A program made the translations under genes and the position numbers. A stretch of 64,000 nucleotides of DNA, from the NCBI GenBank assembly GCA_025558095.1, contig JAIVFI010000012.1, forward strand, positions 434,001 to 498,000, read 5' to 3'. Positions 10,953 through 24,700 of the stretch are shown piece after piece. Each line of letters starts with the position of its first letter. Within the stretch, counting starts at the first letter, position 1. Below the pieces are notes generated by a model. It did not search any database. It saw only the letters and a program-made list of their open reading frames with translations, and was not told where the DNA came from. This DNA comes from Hyaloraphidium curvatum SAG 235-1 (Eukaryota; Fungi; Monoblepharomycota).

Positions 10953-11102
10953 TTCTGTTGGCTTGTTGTCACTCCTGTCACTCATCAGACCTGACTCCTT
11001 CGCGTGCTCCACGCAGCGCGCGCGCTCTCTACGGCGGCGCGCGTCCGCCCGAATCGCGGGAGCTGCAACTCGTCGGCCGCAAACGGAGGAGTACGGGAAA
11101 GG

Positions 11103-12281
11103 ATGGGCAACATTCGCACGAAGAAGCGGAAGCTGCTCGGACCGGAGGACGCGGGCGATCTCGCCGGAGCAACGGCAAACGGAGCCGCCGCAAACGAACC
11201 GCCCCCCGCTACACGCGACCCGCCTGCAGAGGGAAAGCCCGCAAAGGCGAAGATAAAGACAGGTCGCCGCGTGCTCGTCGCGGACGATCCCGAACCGGTT
11301 GTGCCTCCTGTTTCGCACAACCGCGAGACGATCTCTCCCACCGCCAATGACGCCGCCTCGTCGGAACTTCCGAACCTCGATGACGCGAAACAGGAAGCGA
11401 TCGGACGCTTCCTGGACCGATCGCTCCTTTTCCGCACTTTCGCCTGCCTGCAAATCCACATCGACGTCTTTGGGGACGAAGCCTCGCTCGAAGTCGTTGA
11501 ACGTTTCCTGTTCCGCCGACTCGTGACCTTCCTCGGGGCCGAGCGCCATACTGGCATGATCGACGGCGGGGGTTTCCCTCTCTACGTGACTGGGATTGCA
11601 CCAACCGATCAAATCGGTGTCGCGCGTCTGTCTGTGAGCTCGACGATGGAAGGCAAGGACGCGGCACACGTCTTCGTGATCCAGTCGACGGGGGAAACGA
11701 TCCAAATGAGCGAGGAAGCTTACGAGTCGTTGCGGACCAAGGTGGACGTCATTGCGGCGCATCCTGAAGATCGAGCGATCTGGGCGCGCGGCGTGGACGG
11801 TCCGATACTCGCGGAGCTGGCGGCGCGATACATCCTCGCCAACATGGAGTGGGAGCAGATGTCGCCGGTGATCAAGCAGCTTGCCGCACTCCGAGACAAT
11901 TCCCCGCGGAGCGTCGCGGACGCCGTGGCCGTCGCCGGCGGCTTCCGCGGCATGCAAAACTACGTCGCCGAGACCATCGCAGATTGCCGCACAGTCGACC
12001 AAGACCTGTTCGAAATCCTTCCGGCGTGCCTCCAAGAGCCCCTCCTTGTGCTCCGCCTGACGGGAGAGATCGTGGGCCAGGACGGTGTGATACAATCGCG
12101 ACTGTGGAGCGGCATCGTGTCCGCACGAGGGATGGGAGCCGATCTCGGAAGAGAGGCAGTCCGGGCATGGTGCACAAGGGGAGCAAGCGCCGGTGAAGAA
12201 GCGTTGAGGGCCGTGGGAAGGGTACTGAGGGAGAAAGACAAGGGCTTCTGGCGGGGTATCGGTGCTGGTATTGAGGTGTAG
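11103..12281 (+). CDS. Hypothetical protein, intronless (~390 aa)
   Basis: Long ORF with protein-like composition, divergent from RIO1; no motif recognised. Confidence 0.6.
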   Translation: MGNIRTKKRKLLGPEDAGDLAGATANGAAANEPPPATRDPPAEGKPAKAKIKTGRRVLVADDPEPVVPPVSHNRETISPTANDAASSELPNLDDAKQEAIGRFLDRSLLFRTFACLQIHIDVFGDEASLEVVERFLFRRLVTFLGAERHTGMIDGGGFPLYVTGIAPTDQIGVARLSVSSTMEGKDAAHVFVIQSTGETIQMSEEAYESLRTKVDVIAAHPEDRAIWARGVDGPILAELAARYILANMEWEQMSPVIKQLAALRDNSPRSVADAVAVAGGFRGMQNYVAETIADCRTVDQDLFEILPACLQEPLLVLRLTGEIVGQDGVIQSRLWSGIVSARGMGADLGREAVRAWCTRGASAGEEALRAVGRVLREKDKGFWRGIGAGIEV

Positions 12282-12321
12282 ACAGAGAGCGTTGCGAGCC
12301 AGAGAACAGAGGAAACGCGCC

Positions 12322-12742
12322 CTAGTGCCCGCTGGCGTCCCCTGGGAAAGAGTCGATGTCAGACGGAACAAAGAACACGCCCCGTGCCGCCCACGTTGTA
12401 GCCTCTTCAGCAAGGTCACCGAAACCAAGTTCCAGGCCTGGACATACGAGTCAGAACAGCGCTGAGGGACTGAATCAGTCCATGAAAGACGTATGGGAAG
12501 AGAATCGCGTCCACCTGGGTGCACGTCGTCTCTGAACTGTCCAGTTTTGCCCCGGGAGTCGGAACGCAGAGGCGGAAGCAGTTCTTTTGGATCTTCTCGA
12601 CAAGCAGCGAGAAGTTTTGAACAGCAATCTGTCGGGCAAAGTGTCGTGGCGTTCAATGCCGCCGGAGCGACACTCGAGCCCGACCAACCTCCCGCTTGAC
12701 CTCGGCGATGATTTCCTCCTTCTTAGAGCGTGAAGAGGCCAT
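12322..12742 (-). CDS. TIM13: Small Tim chaperone, Tim13-like (three introns)
   Basis: Spliced product EEIIAEVKRE|IAVQNFSLLVEKIQKNCFRLC...CTQ|RCSDSYVQAWNLVS; twin CX3C. Confidence 0.85.
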
Positions 12743-12873
12743 TTTGGAACAAAAGAAAGCGCGATGCGTCCGTGTACTGGACGTCGAACGGCTGGTCGAA
12801 ACGCGATGTTCGATGATGGATTGGACGCGTCGGCGACAGTGGTGCGAATGGGAAAAAGGTCGATCACATCTAT

Positions 12874-13841
12874 TCATCCGTTGATCTTGGCTCCGCCTGG
12901 CGTGCGAGTGGTCAGTATCGATCCATCTTTGCCACCGATCGGGCTCACTGAAGTCGAGCTCGGGATGTTGCTGCTGCAGTCTTCGCAAAGCCTCCTGCAA
13001 CAACCAAACCGATCAGACGGCCCACGGTGCGATCGAGACGCACTACACGCACCGCTTGCTTTTGTTGATCGCTGGTCGGCAGCCCCATCGACTTTTGCCT
13101 TTGATCGTACTGCCGCAATTGAGTTGGGTTTCCAGACAGCCAGGCGAGACCACACACCATCATCTTCTCGACCATGGCGCGCGTTTCTCCATCCAGGTCA
13201 GACAGTTTCGAGTTCTCGGGCTGGATCTTGGTCGTATCGATGGCTGGGTGGTGTGTGAGGACGTTCTTCCACCATTCCTGGCGATTGATCTTCTCCAGGT
13301 GGATCTGAAGCTCCGTTCCGTCTGGGAAACACATCGGGTCCATAAGCAACAGCTCGCGATTGCTGAGGACCAAGAAGCCCGACCAATGAGCCACGTGCAC
13401 TCGTCGACGTTGACAGGTTTGCAAAGTTCCCCCTAAGCAGGAAAGCGGCAATCGATGGCATGCCAGAAGGAAGCTCGGACCTCCAACTACCTCCATGATC
13501 GGTTCCTTGCCCTTGAACCCGACCTTGAGCTTGGTCTTCTTGATCTCCACGGTCACCTCCTTTCCTTTGGTCCCTTTCGGTACCGGCACGACAATGTCCA
13601 CGTCCCCCAGGGTCTGCCTCCATCGGTAAGGTAGCGCTAGTGTCCTCGGATGAGCTGGGTCTGATCCCGGTCCCCTTCGCGCGCGGGCCAGGGGTCACCT
13701 TCCTGCTCGGCCTTCTCCTTTGCCCGGGCAGCTGCTTCCTCCGCCTGCCGCAATCGACGCATCAGCGGTGCCCATTGAAACATCCAGATGGTTTATCGCG
13801 ACCTCGTTGGGCTCGGTCGGTGCCATCGCCTCGTCCTCCAT
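12874..13841 (-). CDS. nudC: NudC nuclear movement protein (CS domain; spliced)
   Basis: EWWKNVLTHHPAIDTTKIQPENSKLSDLDGETRAMVEKMM|YDQRQK; QHPELDFS. Confidence 0.92.
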
Positions 13842-14036
13842 GGTTCCCCTCCCCAGCTTGATGATGGTTGGCGTCGCGGCGGCGTCGCGACCACAGACCC
13901 AGGTCGCCTGCCCTGCAATCGGCGCTGTGCTCTTTCTGGATCACTCGGATCACATAGTGCAGTGATACTGCCCAGTTTTTCGCCGCTGAGGTGGCGGATT
14001 GAGTTGGCGGACGACCGTTGAGCCTCCCCGGACGCG

Positions 14037-14597
14037 ATGCTCATTCTAAAGTCCATCGTGAACTGTATTGACAACTCGGGGGCAAGGGCCTGCGAAGTCA
14101 TCAACGTTTTGAAGGGGCGGCGGTGGGCATCGGCCGGCGATGAGGTGGTTGTCGTGGTGAAGAAGGCACGGACTGGGGTCCAAGCGACGGTGGCTGCGGG
14201 CGCCCCGGGCAGCACCAAGGTGAAGAAGGGCGAAGTCAGGTGGGTTCCTGTCTTCTGCTCTATAGTCAACGCTTCTCACTCTATCGGGATTGTGCCGTGA
14301 CCGCGGCTCCATGCTATCCCGGCCTCTCTTCACCTATGCTTTCTGGGGTGGCCGTTCGGGCGATCTTTTCGCTGTTCCTGGGACCAACTTGCCGACTAAA
14401 GCCGAGCGGTTATTGTTAGGACTGCCGCACCCGTCAGGCGGAAAGACGGCTCGATCATCCGGTTCGATGACAATGCCTGCGTCCTCATCGACAAGAAGGG
14501 GCAGCCGATCGGGAACCGGGTGCTGGGCGTCGTCGCCCAGGAGGTTCGGACTAAGGGCTGGGGGAAGATCACGGCACTGGCGCCAAAGGTCATCTAA
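14037..14597 (+). CDS. MRPL38: Mitochondrial ribosomal protein uL14m (intron ~14240-14401)
   Basis: [38 protein letters not shown]. Confidence 0.9.
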
Positions 14598-14938
14598 GGA
14601 GAAACGGTTGGAGTCGTGGTCTGTCGGCGAGAAGGGGTGGTGACGAGGCTGGCGCTGTGTAGCCTGTAGGTGTGTCTCTTGGCCTCTGGAGGAGTAAATG
14701 GACTTTCGATGCCTATTGGCGTCTTCGCGGTGCTAGTGCCGAAGGAAGGCGCGAGGAAGTTGCTGGAAAACGGGGGCTGACGGCACAGCCTCGTGCGCGC
14801 GAGGCAAAAGGCCAGCGTGTCAATTCGTGTCCTCTCTTCGCCCACTGCATTCACGCTCGACAAGCGGCATACCCCGCCGCAGCTCCCGCAATCCACGCAC
14901 CCAGGCGCCCTCTCCTTTCTCGCGCGTCGCGAACGGCA

Positions 14939-17392
<2,454 letters not shown>

Positions 17393-17535
17393 AATTGTAC
17401 ATTTCCGGCGAAAAACATAGAGCTGAGCGCTGAACTGACGTTGACCTCGATTGCATCGGCGAGAATGATGGAGCCGAACTGACTTGGTTTTGACTCCCGA
17501 CGGCGCTCCGGTAGCCCCTCCCCTCGCTTCACACC

Positions 17536-18777
17536 ATGACGTCTACGCGGGCGCTGCTGCAGCTCGCTGTGGCCGTGGCGGTGGTGTACCGCGCTGTGCT
17601 CGTGACGCTGGGGCTCGGGCTGCCTGAGCTGCTGTTTGCGGTGTCGGTCGCGGCCGCGGTGCTCTCGCTTGCCCGCCGCCGCTTCGAGTGGGTCAGCGAC
17701 GTGCTCAGCGTGCAGACGCCTCCGACGCCTGTTGTGACGCTTGTTGCTGCGGGCGGGCGCGGCGTGGCGCTGGCGTGGGGCGCGGGGCGCGCGGGTGCGC
17801 CGGCGGGGGCCGCGTCGTTCCTGCTCGACGTTGCGGCGCACGGGCCGGGCGACGAGCCGCTGCGGTGGGCCACGCAGGTGCCGCACGCGCCGGGCGAGTC
17901 GGTCGTCGAGCTCGGCGAGCTGCCGCCGGCCGCCACGTACCGCATCCGCGTGTGGGCCGTCGGCGCGCGCGACGGCCTCAAGATCGCGTCGGCGCCCGTC
18001 ATCGTCGCGCTGCCGCCGGCAGACGCGCCGGAGCCGCGGCGCATCGAGGAGCGCAAGCCGCCGCCGCCGCCCGCGGACGCAAAGCCGGACCTGGCTATGA
18101 TCCTGCACGCGACAAGCTTCGCCAAGCAGCGCCAGAGCGCTGAGCAGGAGGTGCAGCTGCTGGCGAGCAGTCTGCAGGAGGAGGAGGCCGCGCTGCAGGC
18201 TGAGCTGCGCGGCCTGCGCGAGGTGCGCAGGCAGGAGGACTCGACGCGCAAGAGCCTGCTGCGCGGGCTGCGCGAGATGGAGGACAGCCGCAAGAACGCC
18301 GAGATGGAGCTCCAGCGCAAGCAGAAGGAGTGCGCCGACGCCGCGGAGCTCGTCAACGCCGCCGCGGCCACCGCGGACGAGTGGTCGGCGGAGCTGCAGT
18401 CCATCCAGGAGGGGACGTCGCTGACGGTCGAGAACGTGACCCAGATGGCCAGCCAGCGGAGGACGCAGCTCGTGGACACCCTGTCCGCCAAGGCCCGGGA
18501 GGGCAACGAGCTCAGGGACGTCGTGAACGGCTTGCGCGAGCAGGTGCTGGCCATCGAGGCCGAGATCAAGTTGGCCTGGAATACAATCGCCAACCTCGCC
18601 GTCGCCTCGCCCCCCGAGCCCTTTGGCGTGAGCGCCGAGTGGCAAGAGGAGCTGCTCGCGCTCCAGGCCGAAGCCACCCGCCGCCAGAACGAGGCCGTCG
18701 CACTCGAGGCCCTCCTCGTCGAAGAGTCTCGCCAGAAGATGGCTCTCTTGAGGGATCTCGCCGCGGCGACCCGGTGA
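17536..18777 (+). CDS. Hypothetical membrane protein: two N-terminal TM helices, FN3-like segment, long coiled coil
   Basis: Hydrophobic N-terminus; LPPAATYRIRVWAV FN3-like motif; heptad-rich C-terminal half. Confidence 0.7.
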   Translation: MTSTRALLQLAVAVAVVYRAVLVTLGLGLPELLFAVSVAAAVLSLARRRFEWVSDVLSVQTPPTPVVTLVAAGGRGVALAWGAGRAGAPAGAASFLLDVAAHGPGDEPLRWATQVPHAPGESVVELGELPPAATYRIRVWAVGARDGLKIASAPVIVALPPADAPEPRRIEERKPPPPPADAKPDLAMILHATSFAKQRQSAEQEVQLLASSLQEEEAALQAELRGLREVRRQEDSTRKSLLRGLREMEDSRKNAEMELQRKQKECADAAELVNAAAATADEWSAELQSIQEGTSLTVENVTQMASQRRTQLVDTLSAKAREGNELRDVVNGLREQVLAIEAEIKLAWNTIANLAVASPPEPFGVSAEWQEELLALQAEATRRQNEAVALEALLVEESRQKMALLRDLAAATR

Positions 18778-18795
18778 TTGTGGGGCATCGCTGTA

Positions 18796-21700
18796 TCAGA
18801 GATACGCTTGCCAGCCGGAGAAGAGTAGCGCGAGTTTCTCGGGGTCCGTGGCCGTCTGGATCAGCTCGTTGATCTGGCACTGCACGCTGACGGTGTTGGC
18901 GAGCTTTGCCCGCACTGTGCCGATGCTCCTGTCGGCTTCAGTGTTGACATTCGGAAGACCTCTCGCCTCGTTGCGGTCGTCGTCGACGGTCGCTCGAACC
19001 GGGGCAGCCCTAAAGACGGTGGATGGGTCGCGTTAGCTGCGGCGGAGCGCACGAGCCAAAGGGACGAACCATCGTTGCAACTGCGACGGGCGGCGGCGTG
19101 GCGAGCGGTCAGTCAAGTCGCGTTGGGCCATCAGTGCAGCGCGTCGCTCACGGGATCGTACCGCAGCACGTCCAGCAACGTGAGCAGCATGTTGGACGCC
19201 AAAGGAGAGCGCAATAGTGCGAGCACCTCCTCGCAGGATTTCCTGTGTAGCGGTCGCGGCTCTCACACGGCCAATCGATGCGCACTCCTCGTGGTCTTAC
19301 CTGAAAAGGCCTTCGACACCCGTGATCCCGAACCCGTCGATCGTGTCCTGGGTCAAGCGGAAGGGCACGGTCTCCGGGACGGAGAGCTGCTTTCCCATCT
19401 CGAAGGCGATGCCGAAGTCGATGTGCACGAGGGCACCCGTCACCTTGTCCATCAGCATGTTGTTGACGTGGCGGTCGCCGAGGCCTGTCCGAGATGGTGA
19501 GACCGGAAGCCGGCTTGCGCTGCACCGCGCCCACCCAAGATCCATCCAACTATCGCCATAGTCGCGACCGACTTGGTGTACGTCTGGCGGCAGTCGAACC
19601 ATTCCTGCGGCGAGGCGTAAGTAGAGCGAAGCGGTTGCGCAAGGGGAGCCAACCTGGGGATCCAGGTAGCTTTCTTCGAAGAAGTGCCGGAAAACGGGCT
19701 TGAGATCGTTAAGGATGCGACGAAACGTCTCGACCCTCTGCTGCACGGGCTGCTTCTGTGCGTCGCTGATCATTTTGCGCGCAGCCGCGGGAGCAAGATC
19801 TCGGGGTCGATAGCTGGAGGTCGACGTCACGACCGAGCCGTTCCCAATAACTCCTCAACCTACCGAGCATGAGCGTGAGCCAACCAGTCGCCCAACGGGA
19901 CGGATCCTTCCACCCTGTTGCGGTGTGGTCAAGCGCCTCCCAACAGCGCACGGTGACGAAACTGTACCATTCAAGCACACCCGTTATGTTGGACAGAGGA
20001 AACACCTTGTAGGTGCGGATGTAGAGACGGCGACGCCTCGTCGAAATGTTGCCACGGAGGAGGCCGTTGATGGTGGAGAACATGGTCGAGAAAATGGCAT
20101 CCTGTCGGACGTCATCCTTCTTCACCAGCTGCGGGTAGGCCCTAAAGGTAATGAGTCGGCTCCGAATCCGCGCTCAACACTCGCGCCAGCAAGTCCACCC
20201 ACTTGCCGTCGCTTCCGATGCAAATGACCTTCTTCGGCATAGTTATGCCTCCGTGCGAGATGGTCACATCGGGGCCAAAACCCTTGACGGTGACGTAGCC
20301 GCGGTAGACGGCCCCTTTGTCAACCGGCATGTCCCGCGTCACGATGGGGACGGCGCTATAATCGTGGATTGCTGCCAGCTTCGGTGCCTGCGAAACATCA
20401 ATCTAAGTCGGCCCAGCCGCCGGGCATTGCCAAGTATACCTCTTTTGCCAGCGGAATGGGCTTCGATGCCTCGGACTTGTACTTCGCAAAGTCTCGCACC
20501 GCAAGTTCTTCGTATGCGAGCAAGAGGTGCTGGGAAGGACCGGAATGAGCAAATCATGCAGGCAAGCGGATCCCGGCGAGTGGTCACCTCCATCTGCTTG
20601 GCCCGCAGTTTTGTTGCCTCAGATTTCGCCTTCAGCACAAAGGCGAAGATAGCAGTTGCTGCTTTGGAGCGCGATGCCGAAGCGTCAGTCGATCTGCTCG
20701 GGCCGCCATCCGCATTTCGCAGCGCGAAAACGGTGGGAAGGCAGTGAAAGGGATGCTGGCGCTGGGGATGAGAGTCCGACGGACGCGACTTGGCGCGGCC
20801 GAACCTCGGAGACCATGCGGCACAGGAGGGTCTGCAGGACGTTTTGAAAGGCGTCCTTGGAATTCATCAGTCTCCCAGATAGCTTTGATCGGCCGACATC
20901 AGCTGCGAGCGCCAAACAGCGGAACGCGGCTCACCTGATATACTAGGCCGACAAACTTGTGTGACGCCACTGTCCCAAGATTCGCGGCGAGAATGTCGTT
21001 GACAACGGAGTCTCCTGCATGCGACAGCCACAGGGATACCAGGCGAGACACGTCCATTGAGTCAAATGCATCGGTCAAGGCAAGAGACCTTGTGTAGCTG
21101 CGAATGGCAAGCTCCAGGTACTTTCTTTCCTCTCTTTCGAGATCAGCTATTGCCAGATCATCTTGTTGCAGAGTCTGACGGCCTTTCTTGATGCGAGCAT
21201 TGAGCCTATCTGCCTCGTTCTTGTCGCGCTGCCCCATTTTCTTTAGCTGATCCGACTCCATCGCAATTTCGTCGCTCTGATAGAACCGCATCAGGACAAG
21301 AGGGTCGGGCCGGAACGCAGTCCCCTACCTTTTGCTCTCGGCGCGCCTTTGCTTCTTCCAAGCGCCCAGATGTCCGGAAAGCAACAATGTGTTCGTCGGC
21401 ATACCGAGCCAACTCATGCATAGCCTTTCCCCGATCCGGATTGCCTTCGTCATCCGCGGACAGTAAAAGATAACGGTCGATCACGGAGAGGGGTTGCTCC
21501 AACTAGAAGAGCGTCAGCGGATCCATGCAGCTCTGCAGGCGCACGCACCCTCTCTGCTCCGACGTAGCGCCCCAGGAGACAACGAATCGGAGACACATTG
21601 TTCCCCCCGATGCTGTTCTTCAGAGCCGTTCCAAGCAAGGTCTCGAGCTTGCGTATGGCGAGACTCCTCTCGTCCCAAGCCCAAAGCGCCTTGGCTTCTT

Positions 21701-24700
21701 CGCAGTGAGTAGCCAGATCCCACTCCGAGGCCAGCTTGGAGTGTCGCGGAACGCTGCTCAGCTCCTTATGGAGGGTGGCCAATTGCGCTACGGCAAGCTG
21801 AGTTGATCCGGCTTTGCGGGCCAGCCGAACAAACTGCGCCTGATGGCTGCACAGAAAGTCTCTCACGCTGTCCACGTCAAGGCCAGCGGTCGCGTCCGCT
21901 TCTTTGGCGATCAAAAGCATGTGCGTTCTGTGCATATGTCAGGCGACGAAAGGCTCGGTTGCAGGGGAAACTCACCTTGCCGAAAGCAGTGGCTCGACAT
22001 CCGAGAACGCCCAATCATCCTTGATCACGCTTAGGCGCAGTTGCCACAGCTCAACCAACGCGCCCATCTCTCGTTGCCGTGAAAGCACCTCGGTCATCTC
22101 CTCAACCTCACGTGCCAGCAGTCCTTTGCGCGCGATTGATGCGACCTTTGCCCACGAGTCAATGCCGGTACTGGTGAGCTCGTCGCTGCACTGCGTGTAG
22201 ATTCGCTCCAGCATGCTGGAAATTCGTTCACGGCTACTCAGGTCCGCCAAAGAATCCATCAGCCGGTGAAACTGCGCGTTAAAGGTCGTCCCGCCCAACA
22301 TATCGGCTTCTTCGTTCCAGCAGCCTGTTCTCCATGCAGCTTCCGCCTGAATGTCCGACAAAGTCGAATCCAGGTCACTCTTCCCCTGCAGAAACCCCGA
22401 CAGAGTGTTGAAGAGTCCGAGTCCGGCAAGGGAGCGTGCAACCGCCCGTGATCCTGCAGAGTGGCAACGTTCCGTTACAACACAGAGCGGATGGCATCGA
22501 AAACTAACCTTGAGCACCGCCTGTGGCATCGGTGAGCCCAAGGCTTTTGAACCTGGAAAGAAACATACTCAGACGCCAAGACCATCTGCTTCGTGCTCCC
22601 GACTTACCACTGCCGCTCGTGTTCGAAGCGACGAGACAATTCGGTGGGGCGGAATAATGACAGGTCCCCGTACATCATCTGCATCGCGTCGAAGTTGTCC
22701 GCGTCGAGGTTCTCGAAGATCTTGAGGACCATGTCGCGCCCTTCCCTCCGAACCCCGCTGCCCCTGCGCAGATCGGGTGCGTTCGGAACGACCTGCTCCA
22801 GGAACAGTAGCGCCGTGGCAAACATCTGGGACAAGGAGCCACGATTTCGGTTTTCGCGGAGTGTGAGGGGACACCATCTCAACCAACCTTGGTTTTTATT
22901 GCGGCCTGTCCCAGGAATGATGCATCAGATCGACAGAAGCGACCGACAGGCGGCGAAGCCGACGATCTACCTTTGCGATTTCGAGCGAGTCAAGAGAGCC
23001 CACAAACGACTTGATCTCCTGCATCTGCGGGTGGTCCCTTTGAGCTCGCAGAAACAGAAGAATCCGGATGACGTTGGAGATGGCAGCTGGCGTTTGATCC
23101 TCGTGAGAGCCAAAGAAGGTCTTGAAAGCGGCTACGAGCGCATCCTTGTTCTGGGTCGGAACTTCCTTGGCGTTCGTCGGCATTCGCCCGGGGCAATCAA
23201 ACGGTGGAACAAGCGCAAGGAACACCACGAACGGAAGTAGCTCCTCGGCGAGCCTTGGATTCAGGCGCACCACGTCTCGTGCGTACCTCATGGCTGCGAG
23301 TGCACCGTGAGAGCGGGCTCCGAAGCACATGATGCCGCAGCTTACCCAAGCTATACGTGTGGGGAGCCAGCGATTCAAAGGCTGCAACCAGCCAAGCGTC
23401 ATGCGTTTTCGACGCAGACTCGCTCAGGGAATCCGGCGATGGGATGCTTAAATCCGCTGCGGCCAGCTTCGTTCTAGAAGCGACAGGCGGCCCATTGCCC
23501 AACTCCTTGATGACGGTGACATATCCAGCGACGTTCTGAAAGCTCGGCAACTGGAGCTTCAAATTGGGATCGCGAAGCAGCATTCGCAAAGCGTCCCTAG
23601 CATGCAACGAGACTTGCGCGAGTCCCGAGTCCGATGCAAGGTCAAGCAACAGGGCAATGACATGAGCGTAAATCGGAGCGTACGAAAGGGCAATTGGATC
23701 CTTGCTCTTCGAGAGGAGACTACGGTATCCGAACGAAAATGCCGATCCGACGGTCAGCCTTGAGCCGTCTTCCACGATCCCGATTGCGGAGAGCGCGCGG
23801 ATAGAGCTCGCTTTCAGCCGCTCCGGAGAGCCGTTGTTGGTTGCGATGGATGACAAAACCGACAGCGTCCGCGATGCAAGAGCTGCGTTGTGCTCGCTTC
23901 GGAGCTCGACGAGGAAAGATGCTTTCGACGCCATCCCCAGAACGTCCGCGATGTTCGTCGTAAGAAGCGCCTGGGATCGAACGCCGAGCAAGGCCAGACT
24001 GGCCAGATCGGATTCCATGTCGTTCCGACGAGCCAAAGCAAGTTGGCGCAAGATGTCCAAAGTTCGACCGTCGTCCCTCATGCACGCCGCCACATTCCAC
24101 ATCTGCCGAGCGGCCCGAGCATCGAAACGAGGACTACGGCTCAGCAGCGCGCGGATGCAAACATAGACGCCGTTGACTTCATGCGCGGAAGAAGGGTTGG
24201 TTTTCGTCAGAACGTTGGCGAGCGTCATGAGTACTTGGGACAACTGCGTGTCCCATGTCTGTAACGGAAAAGAGTCACAAAGTGGGACCTGATCCGCAAA
24301 AGGCGTCTCACCTCATGCGGAACGAGTCCAACGAGCCAGATGAATATGTGTACCGAGAGGGACGACGTGGTAGCGAGCTCTGCCAGAGCTTGCAATGCGA
24401 CTTTGCACGGACTTGAGAAAAGACTGGCTTTGCCATTCGCGCAGAAACCTACCCTGCACGCAGAGGCCGCTGTTGACGACCGTGGGCTCCGACAAGGCGA
24501 GAAGGACGGCAAACCCGGCAGCAAAATCGTCAGCCTCTCCGGGCAAATCCGTAGAGAACCTGCTCAAGAGCATGCGATCGATGCACCACGCAACATACGC
24601 CGGGTCGCTCAGATTGATTCCGAAATCTGGCACATTCTGTCGTTGCGCGATGTTAAGGAGGCAATCCGCGAAGTGTTCTCAGAGACCCACCTGTCGGAAG

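Noticed and set aside
9951-12656. 901-aa ORF as one protein
   Set aside because: Chance fusion of a TIM13 exon, the antisense of the 11103-12281 gene and RIO1 exon 1.
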